Below, piece by piece: positions 14,911-29,075 of a stretch of DNA of 64,000 nucleotides (positions are counted from its first letter, which is position 1; each line of letters begins with the position of its first letter). The notes below the pieces were generated by a model. That model was not told the DNA's origin. It worked only from the letters and a program-made list of their open reading frames with translations, and searched no databases. The stretch is from the human T2T-CHM13v2.0 reference genome, Homo sapiens. A program made the position numbers and the translations under genes. Location: NCBI RefSeq assembly GCF_009914755.1, contig NC_060934.1. One strand, given 5' to 3'.

Positions 14911-16164
14911 TTGCTGCCAGTCAGCGATGCATTCAGTTCCGAGCCCTGCCTTTTATCAAGCTGCAGGACCTGCGCCAGACCCTCTGCTTCTGCCTACCCT
15001 CCTCTCCAGCATGGTGGTTGCCAGACCTCCCCCAGCTTCCTCAGTACCTGCTGCAAGGCCTCCCTACTTGAAGAATCTGAGAGCATCAAGGTTTTCCTGG
15101 CCTGCCTTGTCATCCCTGATCTAAATCAGCAAGGGCGGCTCTGGGCACAGCTGCTGTAAATGCAGCCCCTGCCCACGGGAGAGGAAATGAAGGGAACAGT
15201 CTTCTCTGCAAGGCCTGGCCCAGCGTTCCCTGGACTGGCCCTGGGGAAGCTTGGAGCAGGAGGGGCTGGGCCAGTTGCTTAGTCCTTTGAAGCTGGAATA
15301 GCTGCTTGGGTGGGGCAAGTGTGTGGATGGGGCAGGTTTTTTTTCTTACTGGCAAGAATTTCTGCTTCCAATGGCATTCATCTTTCCCAGGAACTCCCTT
15401 CAGCTGGAAGAGAAAAGAAAAAGCAAACAAAAGCAACCCTCCCTGAACAAGGAGACTTTCTTTCTATGACTGTGAGTCCCCGATAAGAAAAACCCTCTAC
15501 CATTTGTGGCATCCTGTTCTAGAACCACGCCTGCAACTCCTCTCCCTGGCAAGGCCTCTCTGGGTGTGATTAATGGCAGTGGGGGTGCTGAGTGGCCTTC
15601 AGGTGGTTGCCACAAGGTCAGCAGTAGATGAACTGTTGGCGCTCGGGGACATGAATTCAAGCTGTCAGCCAAGTGTGCAAAATTACCCAGCTGAGGCTAA
15701 TTTAATTCTCTCTCTCTCTCTTTCTCCTTCTCTCTCTCTCCCTTCTTAATTATAACTTAGACACATTGCCTGGTAGACACTTAAAAGAGATTAAAATGAC
15801 CATATCATCGTTTTTATTTTTCCACTATGGTAACAAAACCCTCAGTCATGGGTTCACCTGACCTTGAATTCTGCTGTATGGATCTGTGCTGTCCAACCCA
15901 GAGGCCATTTGCCACACGTGACTATTGAGCATTCGGAATGTGGCCAGTCTAAACTGAGATGGGCTGTAAGTGAAAAATAGGCACTGGATTTCAAAGACTT
16001 AATATGACCAAAAAAAAAAAAAAAAAAAAAGAACTAGCTCAATAACAATTTTTATATTGATTACACGTTGAATGACAATATTTGGGATATATTGGGGTAA
16101 ACGGAATATATTACTAAAATTAGCTTTACTTTTTAAAATGTGACTATTAGAAAATTTAAAATTG

Positions 16165-16657
<493 letters not shown>

Positions 16658-17204
16658 TCACATTATCTCCTATTGGACAGTGCTGGTATAGAACTCAGTT
16701 TTCTTAGGATCTAAGTCTCTACATTCAGACCAGGAAGACAATGTGTTGGCCTTGCCTGCCTGCCTTGCACAGTCAACCCATTTTTCCCAGGCTGCAAGAG
16801 AAGCAGAGCAAAACTTTACTTCTTGCTCATTATTCATTCCAAAAATCCTGAGAAAGGAGGTGAGCATAGGACTTTCCTCAGTCACTCAAAAGCTCCAAAA
16901 GGAATTAAATTCTCATTTTTCTCCAAAGGCAAAGCCATGGTAGTTCCTGCAGCAGGCGACCCTTGTTTCCAACAGTACCTCTTATTTAGACATACTCATT
17001 ATTTCAGTATCGTCTTTGTAATTCACTGTTCTTCTAACTAACCAATTAATAAAATGTGTTTGGAAAACCATTTATTAGCAGCCAACTCAAGGATATCCCT
17101 GGTTGGAAATGTTTAGGCATAAGTCATATCATTATTGCTAGGTGCTGCCCTGACTTAAATCTCCTAAAAGAAATTTCTATAACCAGTGCTTGGGAGATAG
17201 GAAT

Positions 17205-17315
17205 ACCTATACCAGCTCTTTGACTAGCAGCTGCGTGATCTTGAGAAATCCACTTCCCTGGGCTGCACATTCATCATCTATAAAATTGGCAGGTGCTTTC
17301 TAAGGGTCTTTCTAC
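17205..17315 (+). mobile_element. MIR fragment
   Basis: ACTAGCAGCTGCGTGATCTTGAGAAATCCACTT...CATCTATAAAATTG. Confidence 0.6.
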
Positions 17316-17599
17316 ATTTTATGTTAGATTTAAAATTCTAGACTTAAGAAACCTCAGTTTTTTATATTGGATCTTGACTGGGACAAGCTTAATGATTTCT
17401 ATCATAATTACGATGCAGTAACAAAAAGTTGAGCTTTTTGTAGTCAACTTTCCAATATTATTCAGAAGTTTTCTGACTATCTTATAACATTTCTCTTCTT
17501 TTAAGTTTGAGGTTATCGAATCTAAGCAGCAGAAGAACCCTTAGTATGTCCTTGTTATTTTATAGTAAAAATCACATCTGGTTTGTGTAATCACCCCAG

Positions 17600-18168
17600 A
17601 GTAGCAATTTAGTAATGTCTTTCTAGAACTGTAAAGGTCATCTCCCATGATCCTATAGTCTCCTTGGAATCTATCTTAAGGAAATTATCAGAAATTTGAA
17701 CAAAGATTTATACAGAGAGTTAATGAACCAAGCTACTTAACAAAGCAAAATAATAATATAATAATAAACACAATTGGAAAGAGCCAGATGTCTAGTAATG
17801 GGTGAATGGCTAGATAGGAAGATGATACATAGATAGATAGACGATAGACAGATAGGTAGACTGGTAGACAGATGATAGATAGATAGACAGGTAGACAGAT
17901 GACAGATAGATAGACAGGTAGACAGATGATAGAGAGACAGGTAGACAGATGATAGATAGGTAGACAGATGATAGACAAGTAGACAGGTAGATGATAGGTA
18001 GATAGACAGGTAGATAGATGATAGATAGGCAGACAGATGCTAGGTAGATAGACTGATAGATAGACAGGTGATAGATAGACAAGTAGACAGGTAGACAGAT
18101 GATAGGTAGATAGCTAGACAGGTAGATAGATGATAGATGGATAGACAGGTAGACAAATGATAGATTGG

Positions 18169-18208
<40 letters not shown>

Positions 18209-18556
18209 CTGGTAGACATGATAGATAGATAGATAATGGATACATAGACATATAGGTAGACAGATGATAGATAAACAGATAGATATGTAGATAGATAGAT
18301 GGACAGATACAGTAAATCCATACAATAGAATGTTATCACAATATTACCAATGATTTCTACAAGCTGCTTCACAACAGGGGAAATGCTCCTGACGTATATT
18401 TTCAAAATCAGATTGGAAGACAATTCTTCAAAATCTTAACAGCAATTCTACCTAGGGAGGGGTCTTTATGGGTGATTTTTATTTTCATTGTCATGCTTTT
18501 CTATATATTTTCCTAATTATTTAATAATTCCAATTACTTTAACAATCAGGAAAATA
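17600..18556 (+). mobile_element. Old L1 (L1ME-type) 3' end, split by GATA repeat
   Basis: GGAATCTATCTTAAGGAAAT, TTGGAAAGAGCCAGATGTCTAGTAATGGG...ATCCATACAATAGAATG, TATGGGTGATTTTTATTTTC. Confidence 0.7.
17811..18310. repeat. ~500-bp complex (GATA/GACA/GGTA)n repeat
   Basis: Direct reading; recurring GATAGACAGGTAGACAGAT unit and a pure (GATA)n run near 18170-18207. Confidence 0.95.
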
Positions 18557-18560
18557 GTGA

Positions 18561-18862
<302 letters not shown>

Positions 18863-19060
18863 TGACTTTTAAAAAGAGAAATCATTGTGCTTTTCTAAGC
18901 CCTGTGGTGTTGAAGGCTTTGTTTGGTTCTGTGGTGGATTCATAGCTGAAGTGGAGAATCTAGCAACCCACTTGCTTTTGAACAGGACTCAGTGCATTAT
19001 GGTGTTCAATGAAGCTTTGGTTCATGATCAAATGAAGACTTAGAAAAAAATAAAGTATAA

Positions 19061-19417
<357 letters not shown>

Positions 19418-19489
19418 TAATTGTGATGAATGGAGAGGGAAGAGTGATCACAGGAGCCTGGTGGAAATGAAGTCTTTATGAGGGACACC

Positions 19490-19858
19490 TGTATTCGTCT
19501 GTGCAGGCTGCCATAACAAAATACCACAGACAGGGTAACTTAAACAACAGAAGTTTATTTTCTCTCAGTTCTCGAGGTTGGAAGTCCACGTTCAAGGTGT
19601 ATCTTTGATTTCTCCTGAAATCAGTCTTTCCTTGGCTTTCCTGGTCTGTGCAACCGCATCACTGGTGTCTCTCTGTGAGTCTAAATTTCCTCTTTTTATA
19701 AAGACACCAGTCAGATTGGATTAGAGGCCACCCTAACAGCTGCATTTTAACTTATCACCCCCTTACAGGCCCTATCTCCAAATGCAGTCACATTCTGAGG
19801 TACCGGGCATTAGGGCTTCAATATGTGAACCTGGTGGGACACAATTTAGTCCTTAACA
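19490..19858 (-). mobile_element. MLT1B-like solo LTR
   Basis: TGTATT...GGCTGCCATAACAAAATACCACAGAC...GGGACACAATTTAGTCCTTAACA. Confidence 0.85.
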
Positions 19859-21329
19859 CACCCATCCTAAATGATTCCCTTGAGAGGCTGAGCGGCAGGG
19901 AAGCTGGGAAGATGATTATTCTTCAACTGCCAGCAGGTGTTGGTGGAGAGATGCTTGTCGAACCGAGGAGGGGAGGCGTTAATTCCCTGGCATTTCCAGC
20001 CAAAGGCCACAAACTTCATGCCTGAGGAGGTAAGTATGGGCAACTCCAGCTGAGACAGCAGTCAAAGATTTTTATCTGGAGCCCAAAAGTCCCTGTAGGG
20101 ATGTTTTTGGAGGAAAAGTGAGGTACCAAGTTAGAAGAGTCAGAATGCAAGAAATTATTTCCTCCTTGGCTAAGAAATTAGACTTGACCCTATAGATAGT
20201 GGGGAATCATTAGACACTATTTATATAATACTTGCATAACTTCCCTGATTTTTGTTTTGCTTTGTTTTGTTTTTAACTCCAGGGACTAAAAGTGACTGTT
20301 CTATGTGAGACTATAGAAGTGTTGTTGCTTATGAACACGGAGCATTTAAATAAAGATAATCTTGGCAAACAAGTCTTGGGGTTGAAATAAAAGATAGCCT
20401 TTGTTCTGCCAAATAAAAATATCACAAAATTGACATAAACACTGCTCCGCTTCACTGTACTTACACAGCCAAAGCAAAAACTCAAGTCCGTTATCCACAT
20501 AATTCTGTTTTATTTATGGAGATTTTGGCTTTACTGGAGGATGCCTACCTAGTCTTACTCTCTTCCAGAAAATAATTAAATCCTGAGCCATCTAAATGCT
20601 AGAGGTAAAATGAACATTCTTTCTAGAATTTTCTTCTTTAAAATATGGCGTTCTCGTATTGTACAGACTGTCCAATTCTTTCTTAACCTTTGACTTCCTC
20701 TGCTCCCCCTAAGAGTTGCCAAGTTCCCCACCAAAGATCCCGAGAGGAAGGTAGTGACAAGAAAACTCTCAATGGGCTGTGATGGAGCCTGCTTTTCCTA
20801 TTGAAATAGAGATTTTAGGTCAGGGAACCAAACAAAAAACTAAAACAAAACAAACTCATCGAAATGCAGGCCCCTAGATTAAGACTAACACTACTTAACT
20901 TTTAATTTAAAAGAGAGATGGAACAGAATGCCATTGGCTTCCCAGAAAAAGTGGCACTGTTCCCTACTAAGGCAAAATAGATTTAATTTGCCTTCTATTT
21001 TAAGACTTGGCCCCATCTTCTGTCCCTACCCTTGTTGTCCTGTTACCTCGTCTGTCTTCCAAACTAGTGCTTTTATCTTTGCAAGCCACCTTAATTCCTT
21101 TTTGGAACAAGACACAAATACAGACTCACGTACCCCAAGAAATAATATTTGAGGGCCCTTGTTGATGGTGCCACTAAGGCTTTTCTTCTTTCCCCCATTT
21201 TGTCTCCTGAAAGGCTGGAGTGTGGGAAAGGAAACAGCCCAGTCTTAATCATCTGTATTCATAACTGGGTGCTGGTGAAGGTGAAGTTCAGAAAGCATCC
21301 AACAGAGGGCCTATTATTTGCACCCTGGA

Positions 21330-21678
21330 TAGTTACTATGTGTTTGTGTCCCCCAGAATTCATATGTGGAAGCCCTAAACGCCAATGTGGTATTAGGTAA
21401 TTAGGTTTAGATGAGGTCATGAAAGTGAGCCCCAAGGTGGGATTAGTGCCCTTATAAGAAGAGGAAGACAAACCAGAGCTTCCTCTTTCTGCCATGTGAG
21501 GATATGTTGAGAAGGAAGCTGTCTGCTGGCCAGGAAGAGAGCCCTCACCAGAAACACAATCTGCCCATACCTTGATTTTGGACTTCCCAGCCTCCAGAAC
21601 TGTAAGAAATAAATATCTGTTGTTTAAGCTGGGCAGTCTATGGTATTTTGTTTTAGCAGCCCAAGCTGGCTTAAGACC
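21330..21678 (+). mobile_element. MLT1A0-like LTR
   Basis: TGTGTCCCCCAGAATTCATATGT...GGACTTCCCAGCCTCCAGAACTGTAAGAAATAAAT...TAAGAC. Confidence 0.85.
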
Positions 21679-22947
21679 TCCAGGGATTGCATCAGCCCAG
21701 ACTTGAAGGTAAAGCAGCAAACCTCCAGGGAGTCTTCCCTCTGAGCTACCTGGCAAGTCATGTGCATGGGCCACAACAGCACTAATGCATTTCCATCAGC
21801 TCTCTGCTGAGTGCCTGAACTTGTGTAGCCTTGGCCAGCCTTGAGGATTCCAGAGCCTTGGCTTAGCAATTTCTTTCTCCCTTATGAGAACTGGAAACAC
21901 CAGTCTTTACGTCCCTGATGCTCACCCCAGAGTTTCTTACACTCATAGCATTTGGTGGAGCTTCACAGAGTAAAATTTTTCTCCTGTGCATTCTCTTGGG
22001 AGCTGGCCTTTTCTCTTACTGCTAATGTGATAGTTTCCATAAAATTTCACTATGTGCCATCTCTCTAAATTTATGGCTAATTTACTTTTCTTCTATCTCA
22101 TTCAATGAAAAGCAGTCACAATAAATTACACATTGCGTTTTTTAGCTGGGCAGACATTCCAAGTTGACAACAATATGTTAATTACAGAAGCTTGTCCTGT
22201 TCATCTAAATGAAGACCAATAAGACTTAATTGCCTGAACTGGGGAGATGGGGGGTGAGTCTAAAACCTGTGTCATTGCCAAGATATTTGCTGCCTACTAA
22301 GCAAGCTGATCATGTTTCCCTGAAGCAATTTACACAGAGCACAGTGGAGCAGAGTTAGGACAATTATTCTGAAATTAATCTACATGAAAACCTACATAAA
22401 CTAGCTTGACATTTGGATTGTGATCAAAACACAATTTGACTTTTCCTCTCTTGGTGTCTTCAAGTTTTATCCAGTGAGGGTGATCTTCGCTGGCACCTGC
22501 ATCACTCAGGCCTTCCTGCAGTCTCTTGAAGGCCCAAACATAGTCTCAATTCAGTAAAAGGAATGTCTTCCCTCCCTCCCCAGGGTGGAACTATTTTTGG
22601 GTGGGAAGCATGATGGGTTCTTCTGATCTTTACTCTCTTCCTGACTGCTTGCCAGGTGGAGGGTCAAAGGGCATCAGAGAAAGAGAAGCAGAGGCAGAAG
22701 ACAGTTCCTATTGCAATGGGGCATCCCAAGTTGGGCCCTGCTCCCGTTTCTGGCAGACTGTTAAGGCTGATGCTCTTGCAGGGCCTTTTCAGAAATCCCC
22801 CGCTGGCCCCTCTCCCCTGTGAGGGGGAGTTCCCTTGATGGGGCAAATACATCTCCATCCCCAATGGCCCCCTCGTCAACCTGAGACACTTCCAGGTTAC
22901 CCCCCAGTGTCCCACAGCTGGGGCCTCCTGGACCAGACACATCATGG

Positions 22948-23349
22948 TCTCTTAGTCCATTCCTGCTGTTATTAACACAATACCACAGAGTGGGTAATTG
23001 ATCAGCAATGATAATTTATATCCTACAATTTTGAAGGCTGGGAAGCCCAAGATCAAGGCCCTAGTGGGTTTATGTCTGGTGGGGGCTGTCCTCTGCTTCC
23101 AAGATGGCACCTTGTCTCTTCGTCCTTTGGAGGGGACGAATGCTCTGTCCCCGACAGAAGGGCTGAAGGGCAAAAAGGGGGGCCTAACTAGTTCCCTTCA
23201 GCCCTTTTATAAGGCACTAATCACATCCTTGAGGGGTGGAGCCTCATGGCCTAATCGTCTCCTAAAGGCACCACCTCTCTCAATACTGTTGCTTTGGGGA
23301 TGAAGTTTCAACATGAATTTGGAGGCACACAAATATTCAGACCATAGTA
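22948..23349 (-). mobile_element. MST-family (MSTC/MSTD-like) MaLR LTR
   Basis: CTTAGTCCATT...GGCTGGGAAGCCCAAGATCAAGG...TTTCAACATGAATTTGGAGG...TTCAGACCATAG. Confidence 0.8.
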
Positions 23350-23614
23350 GCCCTACAGCTGCCTTCCTGCTCCCGCAGATGTGGGGAGCAGGGAATCCCC
23401 AGTCCAGCAGCTCCCTAGCACCTCCAAAACACTTAGTCCTCTCCGGCCTTCAGATTTTTTTCACAGCACTTAGACCCCAGTCCATGGAGACAGAGGCCAG
23501 CCTTCAGGGTCTCCCAATGGCATTAACACATTGTCAAAGCTCTCAAGGCTCCTCTGGAAATCTTCCTGGATTACACTCTGGGGAGGGGTAGGCGGGACTC
23601 ACAGCACAGCCCCG

Positions 23615-23861
23615 TGTTGCACTATCACAGCTCACTGCAGTCTCAAACTCCTGGGTTCAAGCCATTCTCTGCCTCTGTCTCCAGCTTAGACGGGACTACA
23701 GGTGTGTGCTATCGAGAACTAAGTCTCTAAAAGTAGGATTTCAGATAACAGCTGTTGTCTGGTAAGGGAGAGTTCCTTCACAGCAGCCCTTTCGATGTCT
23801 GCCACAGGGCCAGGCATGGTGCAATCCCAGCACTTTGAGAAGTCAAAGCGGGAGGATCACT
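23615..23861. repeat. Mosaic: antisense Alu fragment + duplicate of 25634-25797 + sense Alu 5' fragment
   Basis: 23715-23802 aligns ungapped to 25710-25797 (72/88); GGCCAGGCATGGTGCAATCCCAGCACTTTG at 23808. Confidence 0.85.
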
Positions 23862-24011
23862 CTTCTATATCCTGCCTTGTCTTCCTTATCATCTTTCCCT
23901 GCTAACACAGAGATCTCTCTCATTTGTCTAATAGCTGGTTGTATTCCTTTGTTAGTTAATGTATTTATCAATTCCCTATTGAAGGCTTTGAAGCATTACT
24001 TTTTCTACAAG

Positions 24012-24575
<564 letters not shown>

Positions 24576-24920
24576 TAACATCTGAGAAGATAAAAGTAGA
24601 ATCTGAAAGGAGGGAAGCAACAGAGAATCTGGAAATGTGGCAGGGCCAGGGCAGGGTTGGGTTTGGAGTGGGAGGCGTGTGGAGACAGGTTTGGGAACAG
24701 CCTCAGTAGGGGAGAAGTTGGAATCTGGAAGAATTTGGAAACAGGTTTCTGAAGGGCTTCAGGGCCTTTATGCTTTTTTTGCTTATTTCTTTTTGAGCCT
24801 TTCTCTTAGGTTTGGGAGTTTGCCAAAGGAATGTGCTCTGCAAGTAAGTCAACAAATAGTTCCCGAGGATCTGCTCTATGAAAAGCCCAAATTGTCTTTG
24901 AAAAGCATGCACTGTTTAAA

Positions 24921-25238
24921 AATGTTATACTGTGGTAAAACATACATAACATAAAATTTGCCATCGACTATTTTTTGAGCAATATTTTTAATGATGCGTA
25001 ATAGACGTACAGAGTTTCAGGGCTTCCATCAACCATTTTTAAGTGCACGGCTCAGTTGTGTTAAGTATAGTCACACTGTTATACAACCCATCTCCAAAGC
25101 GTTTCCATCACCATTGAACAACAGTTCTCCATTTTCCTCCCCCTGGACCCCGGCAACCGCCTTCTAGCTTCTGTTTCTATGAGTTTGGTTACTCTAGATA
25201 CCTCCTGGAAGTGGGGTCATTCAGTCGTTGTCTTCGTG
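24921..25238 (-). mobile_element. L1MB-type 3' end
   Basis: GTGGTAAAACATACATAACATAAAATTTGCCATC...CTGTTTCTATGAGTTTGGTTACTCTAGATACCTC. Confidence 0.8.
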
Positions 25239-25585
25239 TTGCAGAGCAAGCATTTTTAAGTCCTGCTATGTGTCCATCACTGTGTATGACTCCGAAATAG
25301 AAAAGGAGGATCGTTAAAAATGGATCTTTTTTTCACTACCACTGTGATCAGCAAAACTGGGAAAAGGGCAGACCTTGGCTATGGCCTCTCACATTGCCCC
25401 AGTCCATGGCATGAGCGTCTCACCCAAACTTCTATTCTGGCCCTAACTTTCCTCCCTGCCCCCATCCAATGCTGCCTGGACCAGCTGTCACACTGGACTC
25501 TGGGACAAATTAATTCACGTGAAACTGCTAATGGCTGACACAGTAATAAGTCAGATTGTGTTTCAACATAAAGATTTAAATCTCT

Positions 25586-25714
25586 TTTTAACAAAAATAT
25601 AGAGAAGGGGGTCTCACTATGTTGCTCAGGCTGGTCTCAAACTCCTGGGCTCAAGTGATCCTCCTGCCTCAGTCTCCCAAGTAGCTAGAACTATAGTTGT
25701 GTGCCACCAAGAAC
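25586..25714 (-). mobile_element. FLAM (Alu left monomer)
   Basis: GGGGTCTCACTATGTTGCTCAGGCTGGTCTCAAACTCCTGGGCTCAAG; TSD TAAATCTCT at 25577-25585 and 25715-25723. Confidence 0.85.
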
Positions 25715-26120
25715 TAAATCTCTAAAACTGGAACTTCAGATGACAGCAGTAGCCTGGTAAGGGAGAGCCCGTTCACAGTAGTCCTTTAGGTGTCTGCACA
25801 AAGCAAATGGGTTTCTCTCTGCCCATCATTGTAAGCCTGTGACCCTTGGGACAAAACACTTTGCCTCATAGGTGCATCCTAGGAAGAATCCATCCTACTA
25901 AAGTTGCCATCAACTGGCAGAGCACTCAACTGGCAGTGGTGTGACCTGCTGTCTCCCTGCTCTGTGCTGGAGTGGAGCCTCTGTGATCTGCCTCTGCCAC
26001 AGGCAAAGTTCTCAGGGAAACTAGAGAAACTGGACTGACTTGGGGGAACCATTTATGACACCAGGTAAAAGACCATGGAATCCAGGCTCTTCAGGGCCAT
26101 CGCTGTAGGGGCCTACTTCC

Positions 26121-26470
26121 TGTCTTAGTTCAGGTTCTAGAAGCAGAGCCTAAGACAGGGATTCCGGGGCATGTGATTTCTCCAGGGAGCGCCCTTCAGG
26201 AAAAACCTCCACGAGCATTAGGGAAGGACGGGCCAAGCAAGGATGGATCTTGGGTAAAGCCGAGCTGTGACCTGAGGCCCAAGGGCCGCTGGGGCATTTC
26301 CACAGGGCAGTCACACCGTCCTTCAGAGAAGGGGGCTGGCCTTTGTGCCTCCTCAACAGTTAGCCTCTGGCTGCAGTAGCAGGGCTAACCTCCCAGGTCA
26401 CAGCAGCTTGGGACAAAGTCCCTGCCTGGTAAAAGATCTGGCTGGTTCTTTCAGGGGAACGTAACATCTG
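26121..26470 (-). mobile_element. ERVL LTR (LTR16-family-like)
   Basis: TGTCTTAGTTCAGGTTCTAGAAGCAGAGCCTAAGACAGGGATTC. Confidence 0.6.
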
Positions 26471-28804
26471 CATGACTCATGCGTGCAAACCACCCACACG
26501 CTAGGAATCTGAAGTGGTTGCTCCTAGAAACAGAAATAAACGACCATCCAGTGATGAAGAGTTTTCCCCAGCAAAGAGACAACTCCAGGGAAGAGCTTTC
26601 CAGTGTGAGTACAGAGATTGTGGTTTAAGGTAACTAATGATTTGCATAAAGCCAACTTCCATATTACCTGACACATGGTAAAATATGGACACAGTGCTTT
26701 TTGAGAGGTAGAGAAAAATAACTCAGTACACAACTTTACTGCCTGTAAAACCCAACACCAGAAAATTCCCTCCAATAAGAATCGGCACCAGACAGGCGTT
26801 GAAATATTTAGCATCTTCTGAGATGTAATTACTACTCCGCTGTGTGCATCTGTGTTTGCTGTCCCCTCCGAATGGAACAGGATGTGATTTCACTGAATTG
26901 GCAGATTTATCCACCTGGCTTTTGAGCAGTTGGTCATTTTTCAGCCTGGTGGTGAATGCCTTTCCCCATACCCCCAGCACACAGGCAGGCACCCTCCGCC
27001 CCCAGCTCCCAAATCCAAGAGAAAAACTCAAAGAGAACTCAACCGAGGGTGGATGGTTTTTCTGTCAGTTACCTGCTTTCTGTTCCTTCCAGAACCTACA
27101 ACGGCCGTGACACTGGGGGCAGATCAGGAGTCTATAAATGACATATGACTAAGAAGCAGAGGGATACCAGCTGCTTATTGACAAAATGGGTGGCTCCCAG
27201 TGAGGCGTGGAAGGACAGAACTGGCCCAGACCAGCTGGGAGGCCTTGGCACATACAACAGAGCCTGCTGGGTCACAGCACAGCCATTGTCATCCTGTGAA
27301 ACGTGAACCTGACCTTCTAGCCAACAAGTTAATATCTCATATGGGTTTCTCCTTGGTTTCTTGCAGGATTTATACTTATCAAGGTAGCACTGATTTCAAG
27401 GAAGTAGCTTCTCTGTTTCTTTATGGCTGAATACTGTGTCAACTAGTGGTTTGCCCAACCCAGAAATTCAGGGTGATGAGACTGTGCCCTTTAGGGTGGG
27501 GTGCACCCTTCAAACTCCTGCATCTTGTGGGCAGATGGGCTTCAGTCCCAAGGAGTTAGCCTCTTTGGGGTACACATCCGGTGCTGGGGCCAGGGAAAGA
27601 ATCCAGGTTCCCCAATCACACGAAAAAGGTACCTCCTCCTCTGCCAAAGTTCACTGGCAACTCTGTCCCAGGGTCCCAATAGCGCTAACATAAGCCCCCC
27701 TCCACCAGTGTAGAATGGTGGGTCATAAGGTGCTGGCAGGGATGTGGAGATCAGCCAGCTCAGGAGGCTTCACACTGGCTTTGGCTTACAGTCTTTAAAT
27801 AAAAGTAAAATGTAAAGATGAGGCAGCTCAGGTCAGTGCAGAGGGGAGACCTGACTCCTGCTCACTCACCCACCCCCGTCCACAGGCCCCAGGGGAGCTC
27901 CGTGGGTGCCCCTGGAATCCCTCAGCACTTTGGAAAGCACTGAGCCAATGCAATCCTCCTTCTGCACACGGAGAGACTCAGACCTGAAAGGGAAAGCCAC
28001 GGCGGGTGGGTCCTGGGTCCTTCTCGCCACCCTATGCAGTTGGCCTCCTGGCCCGCACGCTTCAGAAGGCTCCTGTTGGAGCCCTGTCCCTTCCCCAGGT
28101 CAAGTCCTCTCCCTGGTCACTGCTCCACACCAAGTGCCAGGCCTGGTTTTTATTGTTCTCAGACTCAGGTCCTGCCTCTTTATCCCCATAAGCCCAAGGC
28201 CCCCTGCAAGCCCTTTTCCCCACCTGTGTGTGTTCTGCAAGGGAGGCACCTGAGCTGGGGCAGCGACTATTTACCTTGTTGAGGCAAAGGACAAGCGTGA
28301 CTTCCTTTGTTTGATGTTGCTACGTTATTAGAAAAAATAAAACCACAGGCCCAACAAAGAGCTTTCAGATATGACTGGATGGCACCATCTCCCAGGGCCA
28401 TGGGGGTTGAGGCCAGAGCCCAGGCTAGGTGATGAGAACCACCAGGACACAAAGACAGCAGACTCTGTGATGTCGACACAGAAAAATGACAAGGGGATGA
28501 CGTCACTCTCCTGGAAGCTTCAGAGTCCACCTGCCTCCCTAACGAGGCATTTCTTAAGGCCTGAAATGGCTAAGGCCTCACCCCGCTGAGTCCTTCCTTT
28601 TCTTACGTCCTGTGCTCTCTCTTCGCTTCCCCGCCCTCTGCTCTCCACCTTTGCCCTGTCACTTGTTTCCCTGCTCCCTGCTCCTTGCACCCACTCCTTC
28701 TGTCTGTATCTGGCCTCCACATGTCTATTCTCTGCCTTTTCTTGTTGCCTGTCTTTTCCTTCTGTGCTTCTATCCTGCCCTTCTTTCTGTTTCTCCTTTA
28801 GCTG

Positions 28805-29030
28805 TGTGCATGAACACACTTACTTGCACACAAGCACATACAATGCAGGTATGCACATGCGTACACAATCCCACACAAGTTTACACTCAGAGAACTACAC
28901 ACAACCACACGCAGAAGCATGTGCACATGCATGCCCACATGCACACACAATGCATGTGTGCACACACACGATCATCCACAATCAAATACAGTCCCGCATA
29001 GACAATCTCATACAGCTTATGCTCACGCAG

Positions 29031-29068
<38 letters not shown>

Positions 29069-29075
29069 TCACTCA
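28805..29075. repeat. CA-rich low-complexity tract ending in (CA)n
   Basis: Direct reading; pure (CA)n at about 29032-29064. Confidence 0.85.

Noticed and set aside
14914-15672. Possible inverted similarity between ~14914-14975 and ~15610-15672 adjoining the 160-bp duplication
   Set aside because: Only about 65% identity with several gaps by eye; cannot be distinguished from chance without a scored alignment
27345-27390. Possible 17-nt microexon (TTCTTGCAG|GATTTATACTTATCAAG|GTAGCA)
   Set aside because: Weak donor, length not a multiple of three, no supporting gene context
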